The position numbers and the translations under genes are program-made. DNA of 64,000 bases from Botryllus schlosseri (taxonomy: Eukaryota): positions 13,208,001 through 13,272,000 of the forward strand of contig CM119371.1 in NCBI GenBank assembly GCA_051294905.1. Direction: 5' to 3'. How positions within the stretch are numbered: position 1 is the stretch's first letter; each line of letters starts with the position of its first letter. Shown here piece after piece: positions 1-14,300 of this stretch. A model generated the notes under the pieces. That model did no database searches and was not told the DNA's origin. It worked only from the letters and a program-made list of their open reading frames with translations.

Positions 1-642
1 AAGAATTTAAACCAGAGATGTAATGTTGATGTGATAAATTGTAATACATGAAAAACGTTTACAGTGCAAAACCTACCAAGGTTCGTTTGTGAATGTGAAC
101 CTCTAATTTCACGTTCACGCCATCCCTAATAAATCTACGTTCTGAACTTCTCAATAAGCGTCCATATTCATGCATTTTGGAAATGAGACATAAAATTCCA
201 ATATCTGTCGCGGACTGGCAGGAAACTTGCCACTGACCGGCGGTTGTGAACCGCTGCTATACAGTGCATTAGCACGTCTGACCCTGTGAGACGCGCGAAA
301 ACTGGCGTCAAATTCAGCTTCCTTTCTCTGAACAGTTAACAATCATCATATATCTTTGATAACAGCTCGATTAGCATGAGGCACGAAGATAGGTAAATAT
401 CATCATTAAAGACTCACATTGGCAAGTTACTGTAAATGCTAATTTTTCGCCTTTAGGGACTCTTAGGGAGTGGCTCTTAAACATTTTATACCGCGACCCA
501 AATCATAGTTATAGTTGAACCTCGTGACGCAGGCTTCGCAATTGGTAAGGGATGGATTTTTAATGTCAGTATGCTTCGTTTTCGGGCATGTAGCACGACG
601 CTTAGACAACCCAGCAGTTGCTGGCAATGTAATCCTGTAAAA

Positions 643-1651
643 CAGGGGTCACCAACACGCGGCCCGCGAGGTCGTATTTTGCGGCCCGCGACTTGATTTG
701 AGATTTCGGAAGAAAGCTCAGAAAACCATTTTGAAATCCTGAAATTGACTACAGTTTCAGCATACTGTTGTTGTTTTTGATTCAAAATAAGCTATTCTGT
801 GTCCAACATCACTATTCGTCACTAGCTAAAACGGCTTTGGCGATAGCAACAGCACTCCATCGATTGAGAATAATCAGCTGATATGAGCGTGCTGGGCATA
901 TTGCCTTGACGTGCAATGGCCCAAGCACTGCCAAGGCCGAGACGCTTAGAAAACGGCATAGGGCAGTGGTTCTCAAACTAGGGGGCGTGCCCCTCTTGTT
1001 GGGGCGTGAAAGCATCTGAAGGAGGCGCGAAGCTGCGGTCAACTGAAAAAAATTTCGCGCTGTGCGCGATTGACATTAAATTCAGTTTTTGTGTATAGTC
1101 CGGTATTCATATTATAGAATTCCCTCATCAACAGTCATAACCTTCCATGCGATCAAACTATCCATTGGGATTGCCGGCATTCTGGTTGCATTTTGTGACA
1201 TGACGATAAAGGGGAGCGAAATTTTTCAGTATCATAAAGCGGGGCGTGTCTAAAGAAGTTTGAAAACCACTGGCCAGTCACTTAGGGCTTCCCCACAAGA
1301 TCAATCTTTACGTGAAGATGGTCTTTCAACTGAAGTAACGTATCTCGCTAGCCCCAATATCGATATTCCTTAGTCGCTGAAAAGCGTTTCTAGGTATAGT
1401 GCACAGCTCAGAGTTCAAAATAAAATGAAATTGATGATAATGATTTTCGTTGTATTTGTATTCCTTTATTAAAATATTACTTTTTTTGTGGTCACAATGC
1501 CCATCGCCTATGTTAGTTATCACGGTGTTGTACTGACGTACAGTTTTAAAACGTGGTTGCCTAGTTTATATCGATATTGAATTCACGCGGCCCGCGGCCG
1601 CTACGAAATTTGAAAAGTGGCCCGCGATCCGTTTTGAGTTGGCGACCACTG
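643..1651. mobile_element. hAT-type MITE with a nested MITE at 964-1272
   Basis: TIRs caggggtcaccaac / gttggcgaccactg, GGCCCGCG subterminal motifs, decayed TSD ctgtaaaa/ctttgaaa; inner TIRs cagtggttctcaaact / agtttgaaaaccactg. Confidence 0.7.
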
Positions 1652-3014
1652 CTTTGAAACATGCCGTGTGTCACACACGATTTCAAATTGCAATGCATTA
1701 TTTTCTCTGTGGATCGCATTTGTACTGAGGGGCTCAGACTGCAAGGACGGGAATATTGGAAGCCGACCTCTTCGACGGCCCGACATATCACTTTCTAAAG
1801 TTTGAGCCAATCGGAACGGTGGATTGCGAGAAGCGAGAAGAATTTTTGTTTGTTGCACGAAAATCAACAAATATTACATGGGTTTAGTGTACACATCAGA
1901 AGCCACGGTGTTGGGTACTATGACCAATAAGACGAGCAAGACACGCATAAAATATGGCTTGATCGTGTAAATGTGCCGACCTTAGTATTACACAAAGTGA
2001 TACGAATTTATGATAAGATGCCCGACGGGTTTCTCTGGAAATTACCGTTTAATACATTTGAGATGCTTTAGTGCAGATGTGTGCAACTAATAGGTGCGGG
2101 CCTATGAGTCACATTCATTTCGAGGCCAAGCCCATCTGCATGGGGAACATGAAGACGCAAATATTTTACCAACATACTGCTGGGAAATTGCGGTGTCAAA
2201 ATGATGGGTGGCAACAAAACCGTAGCCACAATGACCAAAACTTTGTAGCCAAAACTTTCTATATTGATATGGAAGATCGTTGAAATGGCCGACAGTCGTC
2301 CCCGAATAGTCCCGTCCTTGCAATCTGAGTAGACATTTTTAGTAGTACAAACGCGACATTCAGAGGAAGATAATTCTCCTAATTTGAAATCGCGTGCGTC
2401 AAACGTGCATCGTAGAGGTGTGTTGCGTACAATTGTAGTATGCGTGTTTTCTGTGTCATACATGCCCGTATAATCGTATCATACTAATGTTAAATTTGTA
2501 TTCTTTTTGATGTGTGAGGCTTGGGTCGCGAGATGCCACTAAAACCTTTGTGTCTATCAGAAAGCATGTGCCACTCGCAGAAACTACGGTTTAGTTTGCA
2601 TAGGAGTGTTAGATGGTTCTGATAAAGACGTGGCCATCCAAGAACCAAAAGTTTTTGTACAAAACCCAACGACTTATTTGACCGAAAAGGATTTTAGTGC
2701 ACTATAGTGGAAATGAAAAAGAGGAAAGAGAATTGTATTTTTAAAGAGACACTTGGTGGCCTAAACCGGTAGCCATACTTGTTGAGCACCCGAAGAAAAA
2801 ATTGATCAGTTTCCCCATTTTCTTTTTGTATAACAATTTTCGGTTGGTTTGTGCGAATGTTTTTTCGTCACAAAAAGTGCGAATGGTGCTCCAAAAGGTT
2901 GAAAAGCATTGGGTTAACTGAATTCGAAATATAGAATGAATCATTACACTCTAAGAGTAAAAATGGCAAGTACACAGAGTCGGCAATATATAACAACGCA
3001 CAAATACTTTACAG

Positions 3015-3855
3015 GATAAATGAATTCGGCCATAAATATCCGAATAACGATACAATAGCCTACTAATGAAGTATTACCAGGGTATTGACATGTTCTTTCC
3101 GACATGGAGGGGATCTATTGTTGCGGATATATAATGGTCGATTCATGAACGTTTACATAAAAAAGAGAGCGACCACGAGCAGCTATGGAAAGCTGTTTGC
3201 TATTATTATGTTCGGCACACTCGGGGTAGTTTAAGAGGTGCTGTTGGATGGCATAATTATGTGCTGTTATCTGATCATAGAAACGCATGGTATCGAGCGA
3301 GTATGATTTTGAGTAAGATGTGCAATCACTCTGCGGTGTCCTAGTTTCACGTGGAAGAATGACGAACCATTAGTAGCAAACGCGGAGATGTGCATCCTAA
3401 ATACCGTCTGTGGCATCGTCACGTTTATCGGTAAATTATGTTATTCCGAGTAATCGCAGGCGAGGAAATGAGCTGCGTAGCCTACTTTGTAAAGCCAGGC
3501 ATGAACCGAAGCCAGATTGGATATCTGGCCAGATTTTCTCATTTTAGGCCGAAGCCGGTTCGAAGCCGGATCAGTACTTTTTCTTATACGGCCGAAGTCG
3601 GATAGGCGCCGTATCAGTAATTTTCACTAAGAGGATAGCCTTACATTCCTCCACCCTCGAATCAGTGGTTTAAGTGAAATGTTAATGGAAATAAACCACA
3701 TGCTAAGTCCAAGTTGGCATAATTATTACCAGACAAGGGTTGTGCTTGATCTTCGAGTTTTTAATTTCCTCTTTGCATTGTCTGGAGGCGCCAGATACAC
3801 GGACGTCTATAAAAATTGATGTTGAAGGGGGGAAAGGCTTAAAACCAATGGATTA
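3015..3855 (+). pseudogene. Decayed 7TM fragment resembling GABA-B-type class C GPCR (TM3-TM5 region)
   Basis: One frame at 3016-3430 reads VLTCSFRHGGDLLLRIYNGRFMNVYIKKRATTSSYGKLFAIIMFGTLGVV*EVLLDGIIMCCYLII...DEPLVANAEMCILNTVCGIVTFI with 5 stops. A phase-1 splice (3431 GT to 3713 AG) continues VGIIITRQGLCLIFEFLISSLH. Family similarity recognised by eye only. Confidence 0.4.
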
Positions 3856-4423
3856 ACGTTCAACTATGAATGTCTCGGTCGGTCAGAGTTTAAAAGAAAA
3901 AGGAAAACATAACTCTGCGGATTTCAATATCATGAAAAGTTAACGTACGGTATTAGTTAATGCGAAACGATGACTAAATAACCCATACGAATAATATAAT
4001 CATATTTATGCCCAAAGCTTTTCGACTGATACTTATCATGGATATCAATAAATAAATATATGTATATACTATCCAAATATATTCGGAGTTTCTGCACTGT
4101 TTCTGTAACCGTAATGCCTATATTTATGTGTGCTTTGCTTTTTGATACAATATCATTTGATCTTCAGAAGCCCCGCTCGTGCATAAGAAATGGCCGGAAA
4201 GGAAGTCGTTTCCTAGTGCAATCGATCGAATCATCTGGAAGAACATCAAGAAAGAAAAATAACAGAGCTGGCCATACACATTTTTGATGTTATTTATTGT
4301 GCATGTTTCTAGTCCCTCGTCAATTTTATTTCGTTTGTCTACGCCCTGTATAGTCTATATCCATAAGTTATTATAATATTAGAAGTGTTGTGTTTGTTGT
4401 GATTCGTAAAGGTCCATTTAAGT

Positions 4424-4859
4424 CAGTTGTTACCAACCGGTGGGGCATTGGGTGGTTTCTGGTGGGGAATAGACGCATTTGTTAAACATTATATACAGGG
4501 CAGTCTACATATTTACGGAGACACATTCGCGATTACCGTTACCAGTTAACTGATCTGGAATGTATGCATCGAAAATTATAAATTGAAAGTGTCCTCGGAC
4601 GACGCCTAAATGTTCTATCTTTTTGGGGAATTCGTCTTCCCTTTCTCAGAAAAGGATTTAAATGCCACGAAAAATGCTATTTTTCAAAATCACCAGTTTT
4701 CTTGGAGGCTTCAGAATTTATAAAAAGTGACCTCTTTTTAGGATCTCAAAATATGGTCACCTTATTTTAAAGGGTATATAGGAATTTTGTGTAGTGGGAA
4801 ATGAAGACTCCGAATAAATGTGCAGTGGGGAATGAAGATAAAAAGGTTGGGAACCACTG
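4424..4859. mobile_element. hAT (Charlie/Buster-like) MITE
   Basis: TIRs cagttgttaccaacc / ggttgggaaccactg; TSD atttaagt/atttaaat. Confidence 0.75.
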
Positions 4860-6674
4860 ATTTAAATTATGGCGGTTCCGGTACACAGGTACATATACCT
4901 ACTATTATTGACGTAGTTGATTTAGACCAGTGGTTCTTAACCTTGGCTCTACAGCCCCACATGAGGTGATATTGATTTTAAAGGGGGCGAATACACGCAG
5001 AGGTCGATCCGGGAGCACTGGGTCCAGGGGCTAAATTCGGTTCGCTGAAGAGAAATGGCTTTGCAGTACTCGGTGCAGCTGTTGTCGACATTGGCTCATG
5101 TGATTATAAAGTAGAACAATAGTTCTATTCATCCCTGATTTCTTGATGCAAATGTACTTCAGACAAAGTTTGTCAAATATCTAAATTTTTCGTCGTTTTT
5201 CGTATGAAATATACCAAATCTGTTTGCAACATGTTTCCATGAATGCAGTTATATTAAGTGTAATTCAGCTAAAATTAATTACTTTTAGATGGCATAGCCT
5301 ATTCTCCCTTAAAACACTCCCATCATGCTGTATAGGGATATTTTCTACCAAATGTATCGAACTTTGTATCTTGCAGAGTACAGCGTCTCGAAATCGGATA
5401 TCGAGGTACAAAGAATGCTATCCCTTTGTACATTAGACATACTTTGAAGTTTCTTTAATTTTTCTTTCTTCCTACCTTGGTCGAGTATGACCTGCCCAAT
5501 TCAGAGCTTTCCAGAGGAACCAGTCATATTGCAGTAGTCACTTTTCCACTAGTCTCGCTTAATGGCGATAGTACCAAACACACTGACCTTGGATACGTGC
5601 AAAATAACCCCAGAAGACCGCATCAGGTGTGAAGAAATTTTTGTTGTTGCAAGAAGAAGTCGAATACCTAGGTGTTAGAGGTGTATCAAGGCACCTCTCC
5701 GCCACGTTATCCGCGTAAGCATTGTCGACATACAAATCGGCAGCTGTGGAATCAAAATAAAGAATATCGGCCTGGTGTAAATGACCATTGTAGTTGAAGA
5801 ACGACATGAATACCACGAGACAGCAACATGGTGCTATAAGAGTTATTTTGAAAATGTACATGGGGTGCGAGAAATGTTTTTGAAAGCCGGAGGACTACGA
5901 GCGTAAAAACGGTAACGAAACACTAATTTGCAGTCTTACAAAGTTAATGCGGGGTAACTATACAGAACATCTGATAGAGCGATAGGCCTACTGGCAAAAG
6001 CAATAAGCGAATTGTATTTATTGTTCTGTTTGTGATAGCTAGTGAGAGAGCTGACACAGTTTTTTCTTTCGAGTTCTTTGAATCTTGGTCGAGAGTGAGT
6101 CGAAGGCAAACGCGAAAATTAATAACACCTATTTTTATAGACACGTATGCACATTGAACACCTCACCATCCCCATGAATGATCTTAACAACCTGATATGC
6201 CGGAGACATTGTGACTGTAATCATGGCGGTTGTATATTGTTAGACTAGCTAGATATTATCGAAAAGAAGAAAAAAATCACTACAGTTTGATTTTCCGAAT
6301 TAACGACAATAGAATTGGTTTTAGTAAACAACTAAGCAAATATAGTGAGACAGATGTGGTCCGGATTCTTCATCACTGTAAATATCCGCATTCGGGTCGT
6401 TGTTCGCCAGTTGCGCAGTCCTGCATCATCATATCATTCAAAACATGTATCATGACATTATAGTCACAACCTCATTCATGGAATGGAGATAATCACGAAG
6501 AAGAAATCGACAGATTTGTCACACACATCTATATGATTGTGTTGACAATTTTGAAATTATTCTGGATTGAGCGTCAATGGCCCTTTTTACTTATTTGTGA
6601 TCGCATGGAATGTACAACATGAAATGAACTCATTAAGTAATTCGTAGGGATATGACCTCAAATGAGTAGTAGGG

Positions 6675-7628
6675 GAGATGTGGTACCGATGGATCAAAAA
6701 TTGGAAAATAATCGCTGGCCCCAAAATGTTCAGCCGAAAACAGCAGATCTTTTGCTGGCTCAGCACTTTGATACAAGCTCTACCTATCCCGCACATATAC
6801 ATGAAAATCCGTCTTTTCGAAAAATATTTATGGACGTTCAAAATTTGTTGCTCGAACGTGTCATCGGTCCCCACCCGGTGGGTCCAATGGCACACGACCC
6901 GGGGACCTATGACACATATACCTAAAAAACTCAGATGTTACAACTTTTCTTGCTCAGTATTATAATCTAAGCTACAGCAAGCCAAAGAAGAATGTTTGAG
7001 GGCAACCGTCAAAAAATAGAATAAATATTACCTCAAATGTTGTCATAAAATCACGTTTCGATTTAGGCTCGGACTTATAAATTTGAGGGTACATGCATAT
7101 TGCCCGAAAATCGACAGTGTGACTTCCAAATACCTCGTTTAAGCGATAAAACATCATATGCAATTATTACATAAAGATTTTCTGTACGTAGGCAAGTTTC
7201 ATTTGATTCATGATTAGTATGCTTGATTATTTTGCTTGATTTGGCTATTGCATCATCGGTCCCCACCCTATGAATTTTATGGATGAATCGAAAAAAATTC
7301 CACTCAAGGAAAGTATTGAAAAAATAATAGGTGCCATTAAATAGCCTGATACAAGCCCTACACTCCACAATAAAAATGATTGCTGGTTTGTTCGTGTTGA
7401 AGGTTACAAAGAAAAATGCATATGTCGATCTAAATTTACTTTACACCCCCCAAAACAAAAAACATCTGTGAGAGACCCCATTGCTCGCGCACGTCGAATT
7501 TTTTTGCATGTGAGGAAAGATTTTGCCAGCATGCAATTGTAGACAAGTTCACGGAGTGTAATCATGGAATTATCAGAGAGAATTTTCAAAGTATTTTCGG
7601 TCCCAGTGATCCATCGGTACCACATCTC
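6675..7628. mobile_element. Non-autonomous TIR element, superfamily unassigned
   Basis: Perfect 22-bp inverted repeat GAGATGTGGTACCGATGGATCA at 6675 and 7607-7628; internal copies of tcatcggtccccaccc. Confidence 0.75.
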
Positions 7629-8306
7629 TACACTAATTCCCGACTCGACTCGAAGCTTAATATACGCCCAAAACTATAGTAATGATTAGATGAACAAGTT
7701 CAATATGAGAAGGTAAATGCGGCTGAATATCAGGATTTGGCGCATGAGATCTCGATTGTAAATGAAATGGGAATATCGCAAATTGGCTGCAGGATCGTTT
7801 ATGGTTGGTTTGGAGCAATCGTACGCTCTCGAGTTTTTCGTGATTTTTGCACGAAACTAAAGCTGAAAGTGGTTCAAGATGGTAACTCACTAGGGAAAAT
7901 AAAGCAATGTCTTACGATTTACCACCAACATTGGTAGCAGACTAATATCAGCTTACATTGTTATCATCATGCACAATGCGACATTAGCGATTTGGCAAAG
8001 ATTCGTCTTCCGGGTCAATATTGGCCTTAACTTCACGATAAATAGTGTCCATTTCATTGAACAATGAGTCACAGATTAGCAAATATTTGTAATGAGCATT
8101 GCCTCGGCTTGCTGCAGCTACGGAATCTCGCAGTGATGCAGAGTACGCTAGCAGATTGGTAGTTATTTAAATTCAAAATACTGTCGGTATCAAAGGGTCA
8201 TGGGAAGTGAAATTAAAGGTAAGAGCCACTGCTATTTTGCATCCGCGACGTGTGCATGACGCATGAAAATATAGGCACCGAGGTCACAATGTTCTATACG
8301 TTTCAG

Positions 8307-8383
8307 AGCTAAAAACAGAGTCATCGCCTTTACTATGGACGTGGTCGCTGATCATGGCCATATCATTGGCAAGAATTGGAAGT
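8307..8383 (+). CDS. MFS transporter exon (first identified; start of TM1)
   Basis: tttcag acceptor, gtgagt donor; LKTESSPLLWTWSLIMAISLARIGS joins in frame to GLFISIHGPT. Confidence 0.75.
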
Positions 8384-11300
8384 GTGAGTTACCAGTATTA
8401 TTATTAAAAATATGCAATTTCGATACATATATTCCTACTGTTCCCTACTCTTTTGATCAGGGCTTTAGATATCCGTATTAATTGAGGACTCAAAGTGAAG
8501 TACATGTTATTGTTACTACTACACGTTTTATCAATATATTACTATTGTTTATTACTACTACTGGTGGCCACAAAGAGACATTTTATCCCTACATATTTGA
8601 TAGCATAGGTTTACCCGAGGTGTCAGTAGCGAGATAACGTCGTGGTGCGTTGCACATCTGCGAGACCAATGGGTTGCGGGTTCTAGCTCGGCGGAGGTCG
8701 ACTCCAGAGTTCCCATCTAAGTGTTGGAGGTTTGTCTAGGCTCTTCCTCGCCACCTGATCCGCGAAAGCGATGTCTTACAAAAGCGGAGAAGTGGGCCGT
8801 GGTACAAGTTCGTAAATACGGAATCATAATCAAGAGTATCGGACCGGTGTAGTCGAAACACCATGAATATCAAACGACAGCAACAACCTGATGTTTCAAT
8901 TTGAAGAGATCCGTCGTGCAATTTACAACAGTTGGTATATGCAAAACACCTAACGTACAGTGGGAATGTCATGGCGTGGATCAACTTCTTAGATCCGCTC
9001 AAGACACGCAATGCATAATGCGACACACAATAACAAATTTAACGTAATTAGTAGCTATGAAGTCGTACAAAGGATAACGTAGGGCTACTTTCTCTCAATC
9101 CTCATCCATTTTGAGCTGAAATCGTTTGTGGAAAAGAGCAAAACGAGATCGACAGAGATAAATAGTCCCGCGTGCATGGTAGGTGTATTCATCAGAGATT
9201 CGAATCAAAGCGCAGTTGAGATCATGTTCGAATTCTGTGGACATTCAATTTCAACGGTTTAATTGATATATCTGTCACTATATGAATTGCCTTTAATTCA
9301 ACATAGACCTTTGTACAGGGCCGTAACAGCACTTCGTCAGCCCCCCCCCCCCAAACAAAAAACGTTGGTCCTGGGCCCCCCATAGGGTGATAAACCTAAC
9401 TTCTGGGTATACGCTGTTTACCGCTACATATCATCCACATTAAGTGTCCGTTTAGTGAATCACCTTTTCTATCCTTAACGCGCGAAGCGCAAGATATTTC
9501 CAATATTCATGACTGAATCGGTCAATATTATCGGGAATTCCATGTATATTGCTATCAATTTGTTGTCCTCTCTGCTCACGTCATCAGATTTACCGGTAGA
9601 GCTGAGTGAAGTGTGTTGGAAAAGGTAGGACCCCTCAATAATAATTAAACATCTCAGGGTGTATTGTATACCCGTTAGGCAGGAACGAAACATCTACATT
9701 ATAGATGTACTGTTTAGTGAGCCAGCACTAATCGCACAAATTTTCGATAATTCATGATCAAATCGGTCAATAAGAACGGGAATACCATGTATATTGCTAT
9801 CAATTTGTTGTCCTCTCTGATCACGTAATCAGATTTGTCTTGGAAACAGTAGAGCCCGTAAATAATAATTAAACATCTTCGGGCGGGTAGACCCGTTGGT
9901 ATGACTTCGTTACATGATGTTATTTCGTCACCTCCTCTGTCTGCTATATCAAAGATCTAGAATCGCCCAAACGTACTAAACTGAAAGATCACACGATTTC
10001 AAATTGGTATTTCTTCACTGGCATATAATTTTCCCTGCGGGGTGGTATTTGTCTTGCGAGGTTCAGATTGCCAAGACAGGAACATTTAGGCGCCAGTCAT
10101 TTAGGCGCCTATGGACCATTAAACCTACGTGTATTCTGTATATAAAACGTAGTTTACGGTCAGCAGAACGGCGGTCCTTTTCGGCCCAGGTTTTCTCGCT
10201 GCCTATCGTTCTGGCACACTTCTTGCAGTCGCATGTTACATGGCCTAAGACTTTATACGTCTTGGTGCGTCGTGGCGAGGTAATGGCCAACGCCGATATG
10301 TCCATTTCTATAAATCTTGCGTATTCTTTTTTTTTGGGGGGGGGGAGAGTACTCAATATGCAAGATGCTTGGCAACTTGCATGAAATCGCGCCAAGCGCG
10401 AAAAGTTTTTGAAAAAGTTGCATAAATTTTCAAAAAATACTCCATAATTTTTCTAATTCACGAAATAATTTTGGGCCCCCTTCGAGCTCGCCCCCCCCCC
10501 AATTGGGGGGTTTGGGGCGCGGCAGTTACGGCCCTGCGTTTGTATCATGTTCGATAGATTTGAATGGAAATCGACGCCCCAAGAGTTCTGGCACAAATCC
10601 CGTTCCTTACTCACCTTATGGTAATATATACCCGTATTCGTCTAACAAGTAAATACTCCGTTATCTCGCGATTGTTGAATCAGATGCGACCTCAGGCAGT
10701 TCGTGTCTGACGTTCCTGTTTTCACATTGGATATTTGAACATAGTCACTAGGACCGCAATTTTACCATGTGTTATCATGATTCCGGTCCTGAGACAAATT
10801 CCGATAAAGGCAATCTGTTTTGTTTTCCGTTCAACCTGAAAATTGTACGACCGATCGAGAGATAATATTGAGTAACCGCTTTTATATCGGTGACTTGCAA
10901 GCAGAGGTGGTCAGTAACGAAGTCTATCCACTATTTCGGAGTAATCAAGTGGATTATGCCTGCTTTCACTATATTACTCAAGTGGTTATGTTTGAAGGCC
11001 TCTTTCAATTCTACTTGAACATTTGCCTATGTCTCCCAACCTATTTTCAACCCTTTTCGACTCCGCGCTCCCTTATCAAGCTCGCTACAAATTTGCGCCC
11101 CCTCCCTCCCCCCCCCCCCCACCGTTGTTCCGGAATTCTAAAAGAGAACATATAAGGAAACGAAAGGACGTTATTAATTTTTGTCATTGACGTTTTTGCA
11201 TCATATACACTGACTTATGATGTGCATATGCCCTGGACAAGGAAGGTACAGAAACAGCCTTGATAAGGCTTTCTAGGTCTTGCACCACCCCTCCATGCTA

Positions 11301-14300
11301 CCACGGTAATGCTGAATGACAAGCGGGAAGGCATGGGTACCAGTGTTACTAATCGGCTCTTTGATCTGACCCGGCCGAGGATTGAACTCACGAGCTACTG
11401 ATCAAGAAGCCGGACTCTTCACCATTACGCTATCTTGTATGTCGGATATGAAACGGGAAATCATATACAACTAAACTCATATCGCTTGAGTAATGACTAA
11501 AACAATGTCATTTTTTGACATGAATCCCGAAACACGCGTCTTCCCGTATAAATCGATGGGATTTTACCATTTTTCATACAAATTATGAGGAAGATCCTGA
11601 ACATCCCGTTGTTTACGTGCATTTCGGGCTGATTAGTTAAATATAAAGTTGTTCCAACATTTCTACCCTACCCTATCGCACCTCCTTACGCTGTCGCTCC
11701 TCACTCGCCATCTTCGTTATTTTCACCCCCTCCCCTGTTTCTCAATATCGCTCGCTGGGGGATATCGCCCACGTTGCAAACCCCTCATATAAGCTTTATA
11801 TTTCGGATATTGAAAGGTACAAGTTATTTTGTGTGTCACTGTGTCATTGAATGTATCTTGGATGATGGTATACATATATATATTGTGTCATTTCATTATA
11901 TTCGTCTTGAAATCTATAAAGTAGCACCACCCCCGAATAACTGCTACAACTATGCGACCGCTGAACTAAATCTACTTTTTGAAATTACTCTAGTAGAGTT
12001 CCAACGTTTCATTTTCTTGTTCTACTTGTGGTTTTGGCATATGTCGGTAATTGCTACTACTAGTTGTAACTAAGCAGACACTTATGACGCAACTTCTAAT
12101 TTTGATTGAGGTGAGTTGACTACTTTGACCACCTCTCAATACGAGGCTTGCCATAGGCATAGGGAATGTTAGCAATATCGGTGGTGGTCAGAAACTAAGT
12201 ACTTTCACCTTTGGAGATACTCACGAAGGTTTTGGTCACTTTCATAACTTGCTCAAGTATACTACGTCTTCTTCTATTAAAAAATAACATACTTGTAACG
12301 ATAAAAAAAAAGTAGAAACTGCACGGTATCGTTATGCGTTAGTCGCGAAGATTCATCTTGCCGTTTCGAAATTATAGCCACCTCCGATTAATTACTGAAA
12401 GTATGCCACCTATCGTCATTATCTAACATCCATTATAGACGACATGACGACATGCGAGTTGCAAATGGGTGTATAGGTGGGTATAGTAAATTTATCTCCC
12501 ATTTTCAGGGGCTGTTTATATCGATACACGGACCTACATTGCTGTCATTAGCTGACAATGTGAATCGAGACGTAGCGGCAGTATCATGGTTGTTTGCTGG
12601 TAGATCTGCTGGTGTGCTGGCGGGCGGTATCGCGACGGGATTCATTATGAAGCAAGGGAGGGCGGTCTACAGTTTCGGTAAGTTAGAGAGGAAGCTGCCG
12701 CATATGATAGAAAAGCTACGCTATCACCCAGAAAGTTCACTGAATTAAACCAGGTGTGTCCTCACTAGAGCCCGACCGATTATGGGTTCATCGATATCAC
12801 ACTTTGAAAGAATTATCGGTATCGGCCATTGGAGGTGGAAAATATCGGCAATTTTCGTGACGTCATAACATGGTGGTAGGAATTCTGAAAACTATAATCC
12901 TTGATGGTTAGACTGGGAATGTTACTGTATTTCATATAGCTTACGATTTCAAGGTGTCCAGTTGAAGTCTTTATGTTCGAGTATGACAATGGCTGTAAAG
13001 CTGTTGAAATAAATGCTATGAAGTTTTGACAATGCGCCTTTTGAGGTAGATTCCAATGTATTTGAATATTGGCTGAATATATCGTTGTTATCGGTTAAGG
13101 TGTTAAATATCGGTTTTATCGGTATCGACCAAAAAATCCTACATCGGTCCAGTCTTCACCTTTTTAACCTCTCGCCACCCTCTGAAAGGAATAAAATAAC
13201 TCACGGATCCCTCAGACTTAGAGTGTGTCCTACGTGTAATAATTTGGAAGCTGATGAATCCGACTCGAGTTATTATTTTTTGATGACTCGACCTGACTCG
13301 ATTAATTTTATTAAATAGACGGCTTTAGCAACTTCAAAATAACAGTACATGAGAGCCTTCATACCACGCAACACAGGTTGATGCAACATTTAGGTAAACT
13401 GTATACACAAGGTCCCCGTTGCCTGGGGTGTTATGAATGTTATGATCAAGTCGAGATCTTCGAGTCACAACTCCCAGGCATCTCGAGTCACCGCAATGTT
13501 GGCTCGAGTGATATCAAAAGTTTTGATTTTTTCCATGTATAAGGTCTGGTAACGCGCTCATTTAGATTGAATCGATTAAATTCAGTCGTCCCAAATGTTT
13601 CGGTTTTCAGTCAATTTCAAGTAGTGGTAGAGGTAACGACCAAAATTCCAATCGAGTGCGGGTAGAAGTTGTGCTTGCCGTATAAGCAACCTAAAACTAT
13701 CTCAAGTACACAATTAGAATGTGCTAGCTCAGAAGAATAATCTAATAAGTAATAGTTGTAGCATGTAGTCATAAATATTCACTCATGAGCTCTCCAAGCT
13801 GAAAACCGATATATGCCTATGCAGATGATACAGATAGCTTTCAACTCCCGTACCCCCGCAGAATATGAGTGAAACCGAGAGGTTGTACAGGATACTGCGC
13901 TAAGGTCTTCATGAAAACATATTGGTATACTGTTCATATATAGGTCTGTATATATTTCGCACGACACATGGCAAAAATTATGAACTTTACTCAACTTTTG
14001 TATGAAAATGAAATTTCTAATGTTTCGCATGCATAAAATGAGATCTCCAAAAGAATGATAGGAGATTTATAACAAAATTGAGGGGTGATGTCAAGCTCAG
14101 GCGGAGTCAGTGACAGATAATCACGAAACATTTTCAAATTTTACGGAAGATTTGGACCATATTACCGGTTTCAACTAAAGGCCAGATGGATTGCATATTT
14201 GCTACTACATTATATCAGCCTCAATCAAACTCACTCAAGAAATGCACAAGGTTGAAAAAATGTATGAGCTGCTCTAAACTATGGCTTATAATTAGGGCAA

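Noticed and set aside
2068..2463. 131-aa ORF and overlapping ORFs
   Set aside because: No recognisable motif, no phase-consistent exon partners, and ORFs on both strands
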